Origin: an uncultured archaeon
GTDB taxonomy: Archaea > Iainarchaeota > Iainarchaeia > JAADDC01
Direction: 5' to 3'
Length of the DNA: 56,088 nt
Assembly: GCA_964486025.1 (NCBI GenBank)
Contig: CAZAKL010000003.1
Coordinates: forward strand, 1-56,088
Below the pieces are notes generated by a model that ran no database searches, was not told where the DNA came from, and was given only the letters and a program-made list of their open reading frames with translations. The position numbers and the translations under genes were made by a program. Each line of letters opens with the position of its first letter. Position 1 is the first letter of the stretch. Below are positions 1 through 8,040 of the stretch, piece after piece.

Positions 1-13
1 CGTAAAGGAAAAC

Positions 14-42
14 TTGACAATTCAAATCAACACCCCTAAATT
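14..42 (+). promoter_or_regulatory. Sigma70-like promoter of the RHH operon
   Basis: TTGACA (14-19), 17-nt spacer, TAAATT (37-42). G-rich SD at 51-55, ATG at 61. The motif ACTTGACAA recurs at 81-89. Confidence 0.5.
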
Positions 43-60
43 GAGGTAAAGGGGGTTAAA

Positions 61-510
61 ATGAAACCGATTTACGTGCGACTTGACAAAGAAGATTTGC
101 AGGTTCTTGAACGGCTTTCGGAAGAACTTGGCGTGGATAAATCCACTCTTCTTCGCCTTGCGTTTAGGAAACCTGAAATACTGCTTGCATCCTCATACGG
201 CGTCAGGCACATAAATCTGGAAGATTTTCTTGAATGCTGTGAAGGAAAGGTAAGGGTAAAGCTTGAAATAAAGAACTGCGACGGTTACCTGGTTCCCGTC
301 CTGAAGGCAACTTCAAGGTCACGCTCGCAAGTTCACGTGTATGAGAAGCCTCTGTATATACCCGTAAATCCCGGGGAAATGACTCCCGACTGGATAGACA
401 GGGTAAAGGACAGATATGAACGGGCAAGGGAAAAATTAACTGCGGAAGCAGAAAGCAGAGGATTGAAAGTGGAAGGAGGAGAGTATGTGCGTGGATGTGA
501 AAATTCATAA
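61..510 (+). CDS. Ribbon-helix-helix (CopG/Arc-like) DNA-binding protein
   Basis: The N-terminus KPIYVRLDKEDLQVLERLSEELGVDKSTLLRLAF fits a strand-helix-helix RHH pattern. SD upstream. Confidence 0.6.
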   Translation: MKPIYVRLDKEDLQVLERLSEELGVDKSTLLRLAFRKPEILLASSYGVRHINLEDFLECCEGKVRVKLEIKNCDGYLVPVLKATSRSRSQVHVYEKPLYIPVNPGEMTPDWIDRVKDRYERAREKLTAEAESRGLKVEGGEYVRGCENS

Positions 511-730
511 AAGCGAAGACGAAACCTATGTGATAGTAAAAGACAATGGGAAGTGTGCAGAGAAAGAGAAATATGAGGAGATGAAGAACAAGCTTTCATC
601 AGAGCTTACCGGCAAAGTGAGGTGGTTTTACAGAGTAGGCAGCTGCACGTATGAGTATGTAAACGGTAGATTTGTAAGAGTTCCGACCGTTTACATAGAG
701 GGGGAATTTCGTGAAGGTGAAAATTTTTAA
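485..730 (+). CDS. Hypothetical protein (81 aa)
   Basis: ATG preceded by GGAAGGAGGAG. Overlaps the previous gene by 26 nt, suggesting translational coupling. Confidence 0.5.
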   Translation: MCVDVKIHKSEDETYVIVKDNGKCAEKEKYEEMKNKLSSELTGKVRWFYRVGSCTYEYVNGRFVRVPTVYIEGEFREGENF

Positions 731-875
731 AATCTCAGGCCTTTCAGGCGAAACGCCCGAAGAGGTTGAACAGGAAGTTAACCGCTTCCTGGAGAAACAC
801 CCGGATACCGAGATTAAAGTAGGCGGCAACTTTCTGGTCATTGTCTATGACAGAGAGAACGCGGTAAAAAAATAA
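711..875 (+). CDS. Hypothetical small protein (54 aa, GTG start; below the ORF-track cut-off)
   Basis: GTG at 711 preceded by GAGGGGG. Reads VKVKIFKISGLSGETPEEVEQEVNRFLEKHPDTEIKVGGNFLVIVYDRENAVKK. The stop abuts the hairpin at 876. Confidence 0.4.
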   Translation: MKVKIFKISGLSGETPEEVEQEVNRFLEKHPDTEIKVGGNFLVIVYDRENAVKK

Positions 876-890
876 GCCCCGAAACGGGGC
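866..890. terminator. Bidirectional intrinsic terminator, better formed for the minus strand
   Basis: Stem GCCCCG (876-881) / CGGGGC (885-890) with a 3-nt loop. The A7 run at 866-872 gives a UUAUUUUUUU tail on the minus-strand transcript. Confidence 0.6.
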
Positions 891-891
891 T

Positions 892-911
892 TGTGGGCAG
901 TCATTGAGAAA
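892..911 (+). repeat. 20-nt exact copy of the polB start region (TGTGGGCAGTCATTGAGAAA = 36022-36041)
   Basis: Direct comparison of the two stretches; identity stops abruptly on both sides. Confidence 0.9.
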
Positions 912-949
912 GAACTGAAACGGTGTAAAGGTTCTAGGGGGTTATCTTT

Positions 950-978
950 AATCTAAGAATTCCGGTCGAAAATGTCAA
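950..978 (-). promoter_or_regulatory. Sigma70-like promoter for the predicted sRNA
   Basis: On the minus strand: TTGACA (978-973), 17-nt spacer, TAGATT (955-950). Same TTGACA-N17-TAnnTT architecture as other promoters in the window. Confidence 0.4.
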
Positions 979-1035
979 GACTTTTCCGTATCCTTATTCT
1001 ATATGTAGTGTTACGTGTAATATTTAAGTAACATC

Positions 1036-1067
1036 ATTAAGTATTTATATTAAGTATTTATACTTAA
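1036..1067. repeat. Tandem 13-bp repeat ATTAAGTATTTAT x2 plus inverted repeat TTAAGTA/TACTTAA
   Basis: Copies at 1036-1048 and 1049-1061; inverted repeat arms at 1050-1056 and 1061-1067. The 12-mer ATTAAGTATTTA recurs at 55112-55123. Overlaps the HU stop codon. Confidence 0.6.
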
Positions 1068-1319
1068 AACGAGTTTCCTTGAAGGGTGAAAACGAACGGT
1101 TTTTCTGGAAGGTGATACCTTCATTTCACCGGTTTCAGGATGTTTATACCTTCTACTTTTTAGCCTGACCACATAAAACCGTCCGAAACCCCTTACGGTT
1201 ACCCTGCCGTTCTTCCTGATTTCCCTCTTTATCTCTTCAAAGGTGGTATCTACAACCAGCTTAACCTTTTTCTTGCTGATTCCCGTTTTCTCGGCAACTA
1301 CACTGATTAAGTCTCTCAT
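1050..1319 (-). CDS. hup: HU/IHF-family DNA-binding protein
   Basis: 89 aa. LISVVAEKTGISKKKVKLVVDTTFEEI...VTVRGFGRF...HPETGEMKVSPSRKTVRF matches the HU fold signature. ATGA overlap with pilT. Confidence 0.85.
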   Translation of the reverse strand: MRDLISVVAEKTGISKKKVKLVVDTTFEEIKREIRKNGRVTVRGFGRFYVVRLKSRRYKHPETGEMKVSPSRKTVRFHPSRKLVLSINT

Positions 1320-2362
1320 TTCAACCTCGCTTTATACATCATAACCCTGGACTTGTCATACCCAAGTTCTTGGACTTTATCTTCAGGTATCAGTCCACTC
1401 TTTACGAGCTTCGCAACTGTGAACTCAAACGGCACGTGTCCCTTATCTATATTGTTCATGTAAGTTGAAATCTGTGAAAACTGAGCCTTCAGTATGAGGC
1501 TTTTTACGGTTGGATCTTCGGCGTTCAAGAATTCGTGAACGAGAACTTTCCTGCCGCCGACGTCAAACATTCTAAGACCTAAAACGCCGATGAGGTTTCT
1601 TGCAAGAACCTGCAAGGTGAATTGTTGCTTTTCGGGCGGAAGCATTCCCATCAGCCTTTCCATCGTGTCCTTTGCCGATGATGTATGAAGCGTCGCGAAA
1701 CAAACGTGTCCCGTATCCGCAGCCTGAGTAAGCAGGTCAACTGTTTCTTCGTCCCGAACCTCACCTACAAATATGATGTTCGGGTTTTCCCTGAGGGCGC
1801 TCTTCAATCCCCTCGCAAAAGAAGGTGTATCCGTGCCTACTTCTCTTTGAAGGACTAATCCCTTCCCTTCGTTGAGGTGATACTCAACCGGGTCTTCTAT
1901 CGTTACGACATTTACTGGCATTTCTTCAAGAAGCTGGTTTAGAAATGCAGCCATAACAGAAGATTTACCAGAACCAGTAGGACCTATAACGAGAACTAGA
2001 CCACCTTTCTTGGCTCTTATGCGCGAAAATACCTTTTCTATAATACTTTCCTCTATCATATAGTCAGACAGTTTCCAAATAACCGGCTTCAGCCAGCGGA
2101 ATGTGCAGCAGTAGTTTCTTCCGCCGTATTTTGCGACGTTTAAACGGAAGCGAAGGTCCCCTGCTTTCCAGCTCGTGTCAACATCGCTACTTCTGTCCGG
2201 TAAAGAAAAGACGACTTCCTCCACCAATTCCGAAAAATCCCCTCTCCTCTTCTCAATTACTTCTTTAGATGATATAACCGCCACCTCATCGGGTTTGAGT
2301 ATAATGTCAGAAGCACCGGGATATTTCTCGCACAATTCTTTCAGCAGCTCATTCACGCCCAC
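1316..2362 (-). CDS. pilT: PilT-family pilus retraction ATPase
   Basis: Walker A GPTGSGKSS, Asp box VGEVRDEETV, His box ATLHTSSA. Size 348 aa. Confidence 0.85.
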   Translation of the reverse strand: MGVNELLKELCEKYPGASDIILKPDEVAVISSKEVIEKRRGDFSELVEEVVFSLPDRSSDVDTSWKAGDLRFRLNVAKYGGRNYCCTFRWLKPVIWKLSDYMIEESIIEKVFSRIRAKKGGLVLVIGPTGSGKSSVMAAFLNQLLEEMPVNVVTIEDPVEYHLNEGKGLVLQREVGTDTPSFARGLKSALRENPNIIFVGEVRDEETVDLLTQAADTGHVCFATLHTSSAKDTMERLMGMLPPEKQQFTLQVLARNLIGVLGLRMFDVGGRKVLVHEFLNAEDPTVKSLILKAQFSQISTYMNNIDKGHVPFEFTVAKLVKSGLIPEDKVQELGYDKSRVMMYKARLK

Positions 2363-2387
2363 TTCCTTCCCTCCTTAGGGGATTTCA

Positions 2388-2407
2388 GGAAGCCCTTTCG
2401 GGCTTCC
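2388..2407. terminator. GC-rich hairpin between the pilin gene and pilT (possible attenuator)
   Basis: GGAAGCCC-TTTC-GGGCTTCC. The T-run lies on the plus-strand side only, so its function for the minus-strand operon is uncertain. Confidence 0.35.
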
Positions 2408-2411
2408 TCTT

Positions 2412-2996
2412 TTAGTAGGTTCCGCTTGCAAAGGTGTAGTAAACGGTAACTTTCGTGTTTCTTCCGCCTGTCGTTGTAGATAGGTAAACTGCACAGGGCT
2501 TCTGACTGCCGGTAACGACGTTTGCAATGTTTGACTCGGTGCATTCACTAACCCTGCTGTCGCCGTTCTCTTTCCTTGACAGCTCGAGGGCATCTTCAAG
2601 TGGAACGTTCGTAGCAGTAATAAAGTATTGATAGATTTCGCCTGGGTTGGTAGCAGCTCCGGTTGTAAAATCAACATCTATAGCGCAGTTGGCATATGGA
2701 CACGTTGGAACTGTCTTGAGGTAAGGACCTCTCCACCTTTGTCTTATCGTGGAATCAGTAATGGAAGACGGGTTAAGTAGAGCATCAGGAAACGGAACCG
2801 CATCGCTCTCACCGGCGTAGTATCCCGTGTCAGAGTTCATCGCCGTCTGGGCTGTTGCAACGGCGTCAAACGTTTTCAAGAGTGCAAACACGTTTTTCTT
2901 AGAAAACAAACCTGAGGCAATGATACCCCCAACAATGACCAGAAGCACCGAAAGCACGACAATCAGCTCTGTGCTGATAAAAGCACTTCTCCTCAT
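2412..2996 (-). CDS. Type IV pilin-like protein (prepilin-type N-terminus)
   Basis: MRRSA|FISTELIVVLSVLLVIVGGII: short basic leader, F+1, E+5, hydrophobic helix. GAGGAGGTG lies 5 nt upstream of the ATG at 2996, so the longer ORF start at 3011 is unlikely. Confidence 0.8.
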   Translation of the reverse strand: MRRSAFISTELIVVLSVLLVIVGGIIASGLFSKKNVFALLKTFDAVATAQTAMNSDTGYYAGESDAVPFPDALLNPSSITDSTIRQRWRGPYLKTVPTCPYANCAIDVDFTTGAATNPGEIYQYFITATNVPLEDALELSRKENGDSRVSECTESNIANVVTGSQKPCAVYLSTTTGGRNTKVTVYYTFASGTY

Positions 2997-2997
2997 G

Positions 2998-3198
2998 TTA
3001 CACCTCCTCAACTAACTTTATTGCTGCGAAAAGGAAATAACTGTTTGATTGTGAAAGTAGTTCCTCGTCGGCATCCGGATATAGGTCCTTGATTTTCTTC
3101 CTCACGTCTTCTTTAGAATCCAGGGCAGCTTTCAGTGCCTTCACCAGAAGCGGATCCTTCCTTACTCTTTCCAGAAACTCACGCCTTTTCATATTCAC
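2998..3198 (-). CDS. Hypothetical small protein (66 aa)
   Basis: ORF between the pilC-like and pilin genes, same strand, with an SD. Confidence 0.45.
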   Translation of the reverse strand: MNMKRREFLERVRKDPLLVKALKAALDSKEDVRKKIKDLYPDADEELLSQSNSYFLFAAIKLVEEV

Positions 3199-3217
3199 CT
3201 CCTATAAAGAAAGTTTT

Positions 3218-4207
3218 TTAAACGTATTCGAGCATTTTCTTCATAACGAATACTGGAATCATTCCTATAAGTAGCAGGACGCAGGCTATAAAAGCGAGCT
3301 TTATCCACTCAACCTGCGACTTGACGGCGCTAAAAGTCTTTTCTCTTTCTTTTTCGTAGCGCTTCCTCATGAAGCTGAAGACGGAAGAAAGTGCACCTTC
3401 ACCGGCAGCAATGAGCTGCTCCCTCTCGTTGGGGGAAAACAAGGTGCAGAAGTTGAAAGCCCTAAAACTCATTTCGGGGAAAAACTTCGCAATCTTGTCC
3501 ATCCGATATTTACTTCCGAAAACTTTCCCAAGCCTTAAGACAGTTTCAACGTATTCCATACTGTTTTCAAGGGCGGACAGAATAACTATCTTGTCGTTTA
3601 TGCTCTGCAGTTTCTTATACGAGGGAAGTAGAACAAGCAGCTTCCTGTGAAAGAGAAACTTGTAGTCAGCCAATAGCAACAGAACGTATGCAACGGCAAA
3701 AGGGATACCATCTCCAGGTTTGACATCCTTGAGCTTCAGAGCGAACCCCAAAATGGGGTCTTCGCTCACGCCAGGGAGGTTTGCAAGGATGTTTGAAACG
3801 ACCGTCGGTATGTAGAAAAAGAAAGCCACAAAGAGCGCCACTCCAACCGCAAACAGTAGCTGATATATTTCCCTGTCTATTTGACTCATCATATCGTCTA
3901 TTTTGCTTTCAACCTCAAGGGACCTCAAAACGGCCTCTAGACCCTTCTCAAGATTTCCCTCATCTTCAAAGGTCTTTGCAAGGGAAAAGAACTGGGACGG
4001 AAAGCCTGCCCGAATGCAGGCTTCTATGAAAGGTGTTCCACTGTTTTCAACCAGAAACTTCACCCTGCGAACTCTGTCTTTTATGCAGTTGTCAACGCTC
4101 GAAAGGGCAAACTCTATTGAGCGCACGAGGGGAAGTTGCGACCTGACGCCCGCAAGAACCACCTGAACGAAGTCTTCTATAGCTTTCACTTCCTTTATAT
4201 TCATCAC
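3218..4207 (-). CDS. pilC: PilC/GspF-family inner-membrane platform protein
   Basis: Two T2SF-like repeats (..SGTPFIEACIRAGFP..FEDEGNLEKGLEAV.. and ..LIAAGEGALSSVFSFM..). Three hydrophobic segments. Directly follows the GspE-like ATPase gene. Confidence 0.7.
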   Translation of the reverse strand: MMNIKEVKAIEDFVQVVLAGVRSQLPLVRSIEFALSSVDNCIKDRVRRVKFLVENSGTPFIEACIRAGFPSQFFSLAKTFEDEGNLEKGLEAVLRSLEVESKIDDMMSQIDREIYQLLFAVGVALFVAFFFYIPTVVSNILANLPGVSEDPILGFALKLKDVKPGDGIPFAVAYVLLLLADYKFLFHRKLLVLLPSYKKLQSINDKIVILSALENSMEYVETVLRLGKVFGSKYRMDKIAKFFPEMSFRAFNFCTLFSPNEREQLIAAGEGALSSVFSFMRKRYEKEREKTFSAVKSQVEWIKLAFIACVLLLIGMIPVFVMKKMLEYV

Positions 4208-5832
4208 GCCCTCAGCTTGTCAACAATTTCCGAAATTGAAACTTCTTCTCTTTCGTTCAGCCTCAGTGCTTTCTGAGACATCGGCTCAACCGAAATGGAA
4301 GCAAAAATTTCGGAATAGCTCTTTCCGCTCTCAACGAGCTTTCTAACCTCTTCATCAAGAACAGGAAGCATCTCAAGTATCATGACTCTCTGCTTAACCG
4401 TTCCTGTTCCGCCGCACTTCTCGCAACCCCTGTTGTCCATAACCTTTCTCTTTTCAACTCCCAAGAGCTTTGCTTCCGCTTCGGTCAGTTCCCTCTCGTA
4501 TCTGCAGTGGGGACAGGACTTTCTCAAAAGCCTTTGCGCCATGAACAGGAGTCCAAACTGCCTTATCTCCATTTCGCTGACACCTAAGTCCGAGAGCCTC
4601 TTTATGAGGTCAAGGCTGTTGTTTGCGTGTATCGTTGAAAGGGTAAGGTGTCCGGTGTTTGCCATTTCAACGAGAACCCGCGCGGTTTCCTCGTCCCTTA
4701 CTTCACCCACAAGTATCACGTCTGGATCTTCACGTAGAACTATCCTTTTAAAGTCGGCAAACTTAAGGGATTTTCCAATTTGATGTTGCGTCCAGATGAA
4801 GGGGTTTGAAAATTCAACTGGGTCCTCTATCGTTACCACTTTCCTGCCCCAGTCGATGTTCTGAAGCAAACCGTAGAGGGTGGTTGTTTTTCCAGAACTC
4901 GTAGGTCCCGACGTGATGATGAGACCGCTTGAGGTCTTTAGCGCCACTTCAAGATAATCCCTCTCAACCTTTGAAAGACCGAGACTTTCAAGCGAGTAGA
5001 ATAAAGAAGAATTTTTTCGCAGAACTCTTATCACGAGGCGGTAGTTTGTTTTATCGTGGGGAGATGCCGGTGCAAAGGCAAATCTCAGGTCCATCTCTTC
5101 GCCCGTGGCGGTCGTAAACGAGCCTCTACCGTCGTAAACTTCCGGTGTATCGTTGAGAGGGTTACTTAAAATGAGATTCGCTATGTAATTGTGAACCAGA
5201 CTTCTGTAGTTGTCCGGATGTAGGAAAATCAGCGGTTCAAGAGTTCCTGCCACTCTGATTCTGACTATTCCCATATTTCCCGTAAACTCAAAGTGTATAT
5301 CGGAAGCGCCTCTATAAATTGCCTGTTCAAGTATCAGCTTGTATGCTTTCTCGGCCTTCCCAAGTTGGGGAATGAGGTCGTTAACTGTTTTCTCAAGTTC
5401 CTCAAGCTCAATAGTCCTGAGAAGGTTTAAGATGCTCTGGTAAGACAGTGCAGAAATCTGGACTATGTTTAAATTCCTCCTATACTGTCCCGTCTTTGAG
5501 GCAACGGATCTCAGGACCTTTTCTCTGTCAAGATAAAAGGTATATACGACGCTCATGTCCTCTTTTGCTATAAACCCGCTACCGCTAATCCACTTTCCGT
5601 TTCTTATCTCTTCTTCGGGTATGAACCTCTTAAACTTCCTTCCGGTTACCTTCGCAATTGCCTGTGCGAGCTCAATTGAGGGGAAGAAGCGAAGAAGAAA
5701 GGGAACAATATCCTCGTTGTTTCTAAGCCTGTATGCGTCAATGAGTCTGTCAAGGAAGGTAATTTTTTTGAGGTCTGTCGTCATTTCCCTGACGACTCTT
5801 TTTGCAAGCTCTCTATCTGACTGCTGCAACAA
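4204..5832 (-). CDS. pilB: PilB/GspE-family assembly ATPase
   Basis: Walker A GPTSSGKTTTLY, VGEVRDEETA, TIHANNS, and a C-terminal tetracysteine motif CPHC...CEKCGGTG. Confidence 0.9.
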   Translation of the reverse strand: MLQQSDRELAKRVVREMTTDLKKITFLDRLIDAYRLRNNEDIVPFLLRFFPSIELAQAIAKVTGRKFKRFIPEEEIRNGKWISGSGFIAKEDMSVVYTFYLDREKVLRSVASKTGQYRRNLNIVQISALSYQSILNLLRTIELEELEKTVNDLIPQLGKAEKAYKLILEQAIYRGASDIHFEFTGNMGIVRIRVAGTLEPLIFLHPDNYRSLVHNYIANLILSNPLNDTPEVYDGRGSFTTATGEEMDLRFAFAPASPHDKTNYRLVIRVLRKNSSLFYSLESLGLSKVERDYLEVALKTSSGLIITSGPTSSGKTTTLYGLLQNIDWGRKVVTIEDPVEFSNPFIWTQHQIGKSLKFADFKRIVLREDPDVILVGEVRDEETARVLVEMANTGHLTLSTIHANNSLDLIKRLSDLGVSEMEIRQFGLLFMAQRLLRKSCPHCRYERELTEAEAKLLGVEKRKVMDNRGCEKCGGTGTVKQRVMILEMLPVLDEEVRKLVESGKSYSEIFASISVEPMSQKALRLNEREEVSISEIVDKLRA

Positions 5833-6349
5833 TTCTGACCTCCGCGTTGTCCCCGGACGTTTTCAGATAAACGACCTCTCTCCAGCCGGCGTCTAGCTTT
5901 TTCAGGAACTGCTTAAGCTTTGTTCCGTCGGAATACTTGTAACTGGTGTCAAGGAGAACGCCCCTCAAGGACATTCCTTCTATCGTAAACCTCGCCGTCC
6001 TTGACACCCTCTTTATTGGTATCAAGTCGTATTGATTCTCAAGCCTCTTTATTGAGAGTAGAAGTTGGTTGATGGTTGGAATAGGAAGGGACCTGGTCTT
6101 CCTCAGCTTTGCGATGTCGCGCTCAAGCTTTTCTTTTTCGTTCGCCAGTCTCGCCTTTTCATAGATAAGCTGACCCTCTAACTTTTTGATTTTTCCGTAA
6201 GAGTGGATAACCATGAAAGTCCCGAGAGCTACAACTGCAACAATTAGAAGCTCAATCAATCTGAGTTTCCCTTTTCTTTCAAGGAGAACTGCAAACAGGT
6301 CGGCGGTGGTGTAAGTCTTACCTTTTGCCTTTACCGAGAATAACCTCAT
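5813..6349 (-). CDS. Bitopic pilus-assembly protein (PilO/GspM-like by architecture)
   Basis: One N-terminal TM (LIELLIVAVVALGTFMVI), then a coiled coil. The ATG at 6349 has GGTGGAG upstream. Context only. Confidence 0.45.
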   Translation of the reverse strand: MRLFSVKAKGKTYTTADLFAVLLERKGKLRLIELLIVAVVALGTFMVIHSYGKIKKLEGQLIYEKARLANEKEKLERDIAKLRKTRSLPIPTINQLLLSIKRLENQYDLIPIKRVSRTARFTIEGMSLRGVLLDTSYKYSDGTKLKQFLKKLDAGWREVVYLKTSGDNAEVRIVAAVR

Positions 6350-7106
6350 AGTAGTCTTCTCCACCATAGTAGTTAATTCTGCAGTTCTTCATCTGCCTGC
6401 ACACCTTTACTGCTTCCCCATAGTTCCAGTAATTAACGAGACCTTTGAAGTTGAGACCTATTCCCTTTTCATATTCAAGCTTCAGGACTTTAACGAACGG
6501 AATTTCTTCAAGCTTTTCTATTTCCGATAAAGCCTGACTGAAAGATGAATCCTTTAGGGCGTATAGCCTGCTTTTAAAGTTGGAAAGTTTCTGCTTGAGC
6601 GCTGCAACCTGAGCTTGCAGCCCGTCAACTTCTCTTTCCACACTCGATGCTTTACTGTTCAGGTAGAAGTATCCGGCTGTAAAAACGAGAACTGCAGCCA
6701 TGAGAAACAAACTGGTTGTTTTAATCTGTTTTCTATCGAGCCTTTCTATACCGAGCCTCTCAAAGACTTCATTTGCCGGTATCTCGGCTTCGGGAACGAG
6801 CCGTGGCAGGATGTCTTCAACCTCAACTTTTTTCCAGGGTCCCTCGGGTTCCAGTTCGTCAACCTGGAACGTCGGTCCAAAGTCGGATTCAATCCTTTGA
6901 ACGCTTTTTTCCGCAATGCGCAGGTATTCCCCTTCTTTCAGCACCTTTGCAAGGTCATACACCCCGTAAACAGGCATGCCGAAAACGCCTGCGAAAACAC
7001 TCTGAAATTCATTCTTAATAGCGTTCTCAGTTGTCAGAACAAGCGCAGTTTTTGGAGAAACGTTAGGGTCTTCAATTACCTGTCCGTCAACGTAAACAAC
7101 GAGCAT
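6318..7106 (-). CDS. Bitopic pilus-assembly protein (PilN/GspL-like by architecture)
   Basis: ~130-aa cytoplasmic part, TM (SLFLMAAVLVFTAGYFYL), coiled coil, small C-terminal domain. Context only. Confidence 0.45.
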   Translation of the reverse strand: MLVVYVDGQVIEDPNVSPKTALVLTTENAIKNEFQSVFAGVFGMPVYGVYDLAKVLKEGEYLRIAEKSVQRIESDFGPTFQVDELEPEGPWKKVEVEDILPRLVPEAEIPANEVFERLGIERLDRKQIKTTSLFLMAAVLVFTAGYFYLNSKASSVEREVDGLQAQVAALKQKLSNFKSRLYALKDSSFSQALSEIEKLEEIPFVKVLKLEYEKGIGLNFKGLVNYWNYGEAVKVCRQMKNCRINYYGGEDYYEVILGKGKR

Positions 7107-7110
7107 AAAA

Positions 7111-8040
7111 TCAGTCCTCCACCTTTATATAACTGGCCGAAACGTATCCTTCTCTGATGCCCGAAAGAGTGTTTGCAATGATGTGATACCATCCTCCTTC
7201 CCTTCCAAGAATCTTCACCTTCATTCCTCTCTTGAGCCACCCGACAGTTTTTCCGCGACGAGAAGGAATTTCCCTAATCCTCAGATTTACAAGCGCCACG
7301 CCCGTTCTGGGACCGTCAATGGGCAGAGAAACTTTCTTCTCGCCTATCGGTTTAACCTTCTCAAGCTCTTTCGCAACCGTGTAGCTCATAAACTCTGCGA
7401 TTGACATCTTCTTTACCGGGAACTCGGACTTTATCAGCGCAAGCTTGTCAGCAGAGGTCGGGAACACGCCCACGACGAGCTTGCCGTTCACGTTGCGCTG
7501 TATCGTTCTGAACCCAAGGTCGTATAGCTTTCTTACTACCCTCAATCCGGTATCGTAGTTGAAAACACCGATGAAATACACTGTATCAATTATCTGTGGG
7601 CTTGAAACGTTATTAGTCAGCCTGTCTACGTTGCCTTCTTCTATAAGGCTTTTAAACGTCATTTCCCCGGGTTTTACGAACCTTGCGTGGGCAACTATCT
7701 TGTAGTAGCAGTTCATTGGTTTGTAAACGTCAGAAGTTACTTCCTCACCGTCGCAGATGAGCGCAACCTGCGGTGGGAGAATTATTCCTTTCTGAAGAAG
7801 GACTTTGTAGTTAAAGACCCTGTTCACGAGGTCGCCATACTTCTTTATCCTGTTTATGACCCTTTTTTCACCCTCTTTTATCCACTTTTCTTTATTCTGC
7901 TCTATTGCGTCCTGGTAGCCCTTCTTATACCCTTCCTGATACGCTTCCTTTCTTACTTTCTGAACAACCTGGTCAACACCAGCGTAAGCACCGGAAACCA
8001 TGAGAACTGCTATCGTGAAAGCCGAAATCAATTTCCTCAT
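7111..8040 (-). CDS. Secreted protein with a C-terminal SH3b-like domain
   Basis: Signal peptide MRKLISAFTIAVLMVSGAYA. C-terminus GWLKRGMKVKILGREGGWYHI...GYVSASYIKV. ATGA coupling to the secretin gene. Confidence 0.55.
   Translation of the reverse strand: MRKLISAFTIAVLMVSGAYAGVDQVVQKVRKEAYQEGYKKGYQDAIEQNKEKWIKEGEKRVINRIKKYGDLVNRVFNYKVLLQKGIILPPQVALICDGEEVTSDVYKPMNCYYKIVAHARFVKPGEMTFKSLIEEGNVDRLTNNVSSPQIIDTVYFIGVFNYDTGLRVVRKLYDLGFRTIQRNVNGKLVVGVFPTSADKLALIKSEFPVKKMSIAEFMSYTVAKELEKVKPIGEKKVSLPIDGPRTGVALVNLRIREIPSRRGKTVGWLKRGMKVKILGREGGWYHIIANTLSGIREGYVSASYIKVED

Larger units (their letters stand above)
866..943 (-). ncRNA. Predicted ~78-nt small RNA carrying a 20-nt antisense seed to the polB translation-initiation region
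   Basis: It has its own promoter (950-978, minus strand). Nt 911-892 are perfectly complementary to polB mRNA 36022-36041. The seed sits directly 5' of the terminator hairpin and U-tail. No ORF. Confidence 0.35.

Noticed and set aside
1-25. Idea that the window is a complete circular replicon, with the truncated zinc-ribbon gene (55847-56086) continuing across the junction to a TTG at position 25.
   Set aside because: The frame does stay open for 13 codons across a hypothetical junction, but that is not statistically meaningful, and the putative start would sit inside the plus-strand promoter. This cannot be decided from the window alone.
203-599. Antisense ORFs 203-508 and 333-599. The same applies to many similar tracked ORFs, e.g. 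6615-7157, 14744-15289, 32205-32927, 38857-39459, 45853-46398, 51308-51760 and 54003-54488.
   Set aside because: They lie fully inside, and antisense or out of frame to, genes with clear catalytic motifs. They have S/L/F/R-rich low-complexity translations, no SD and no motif.
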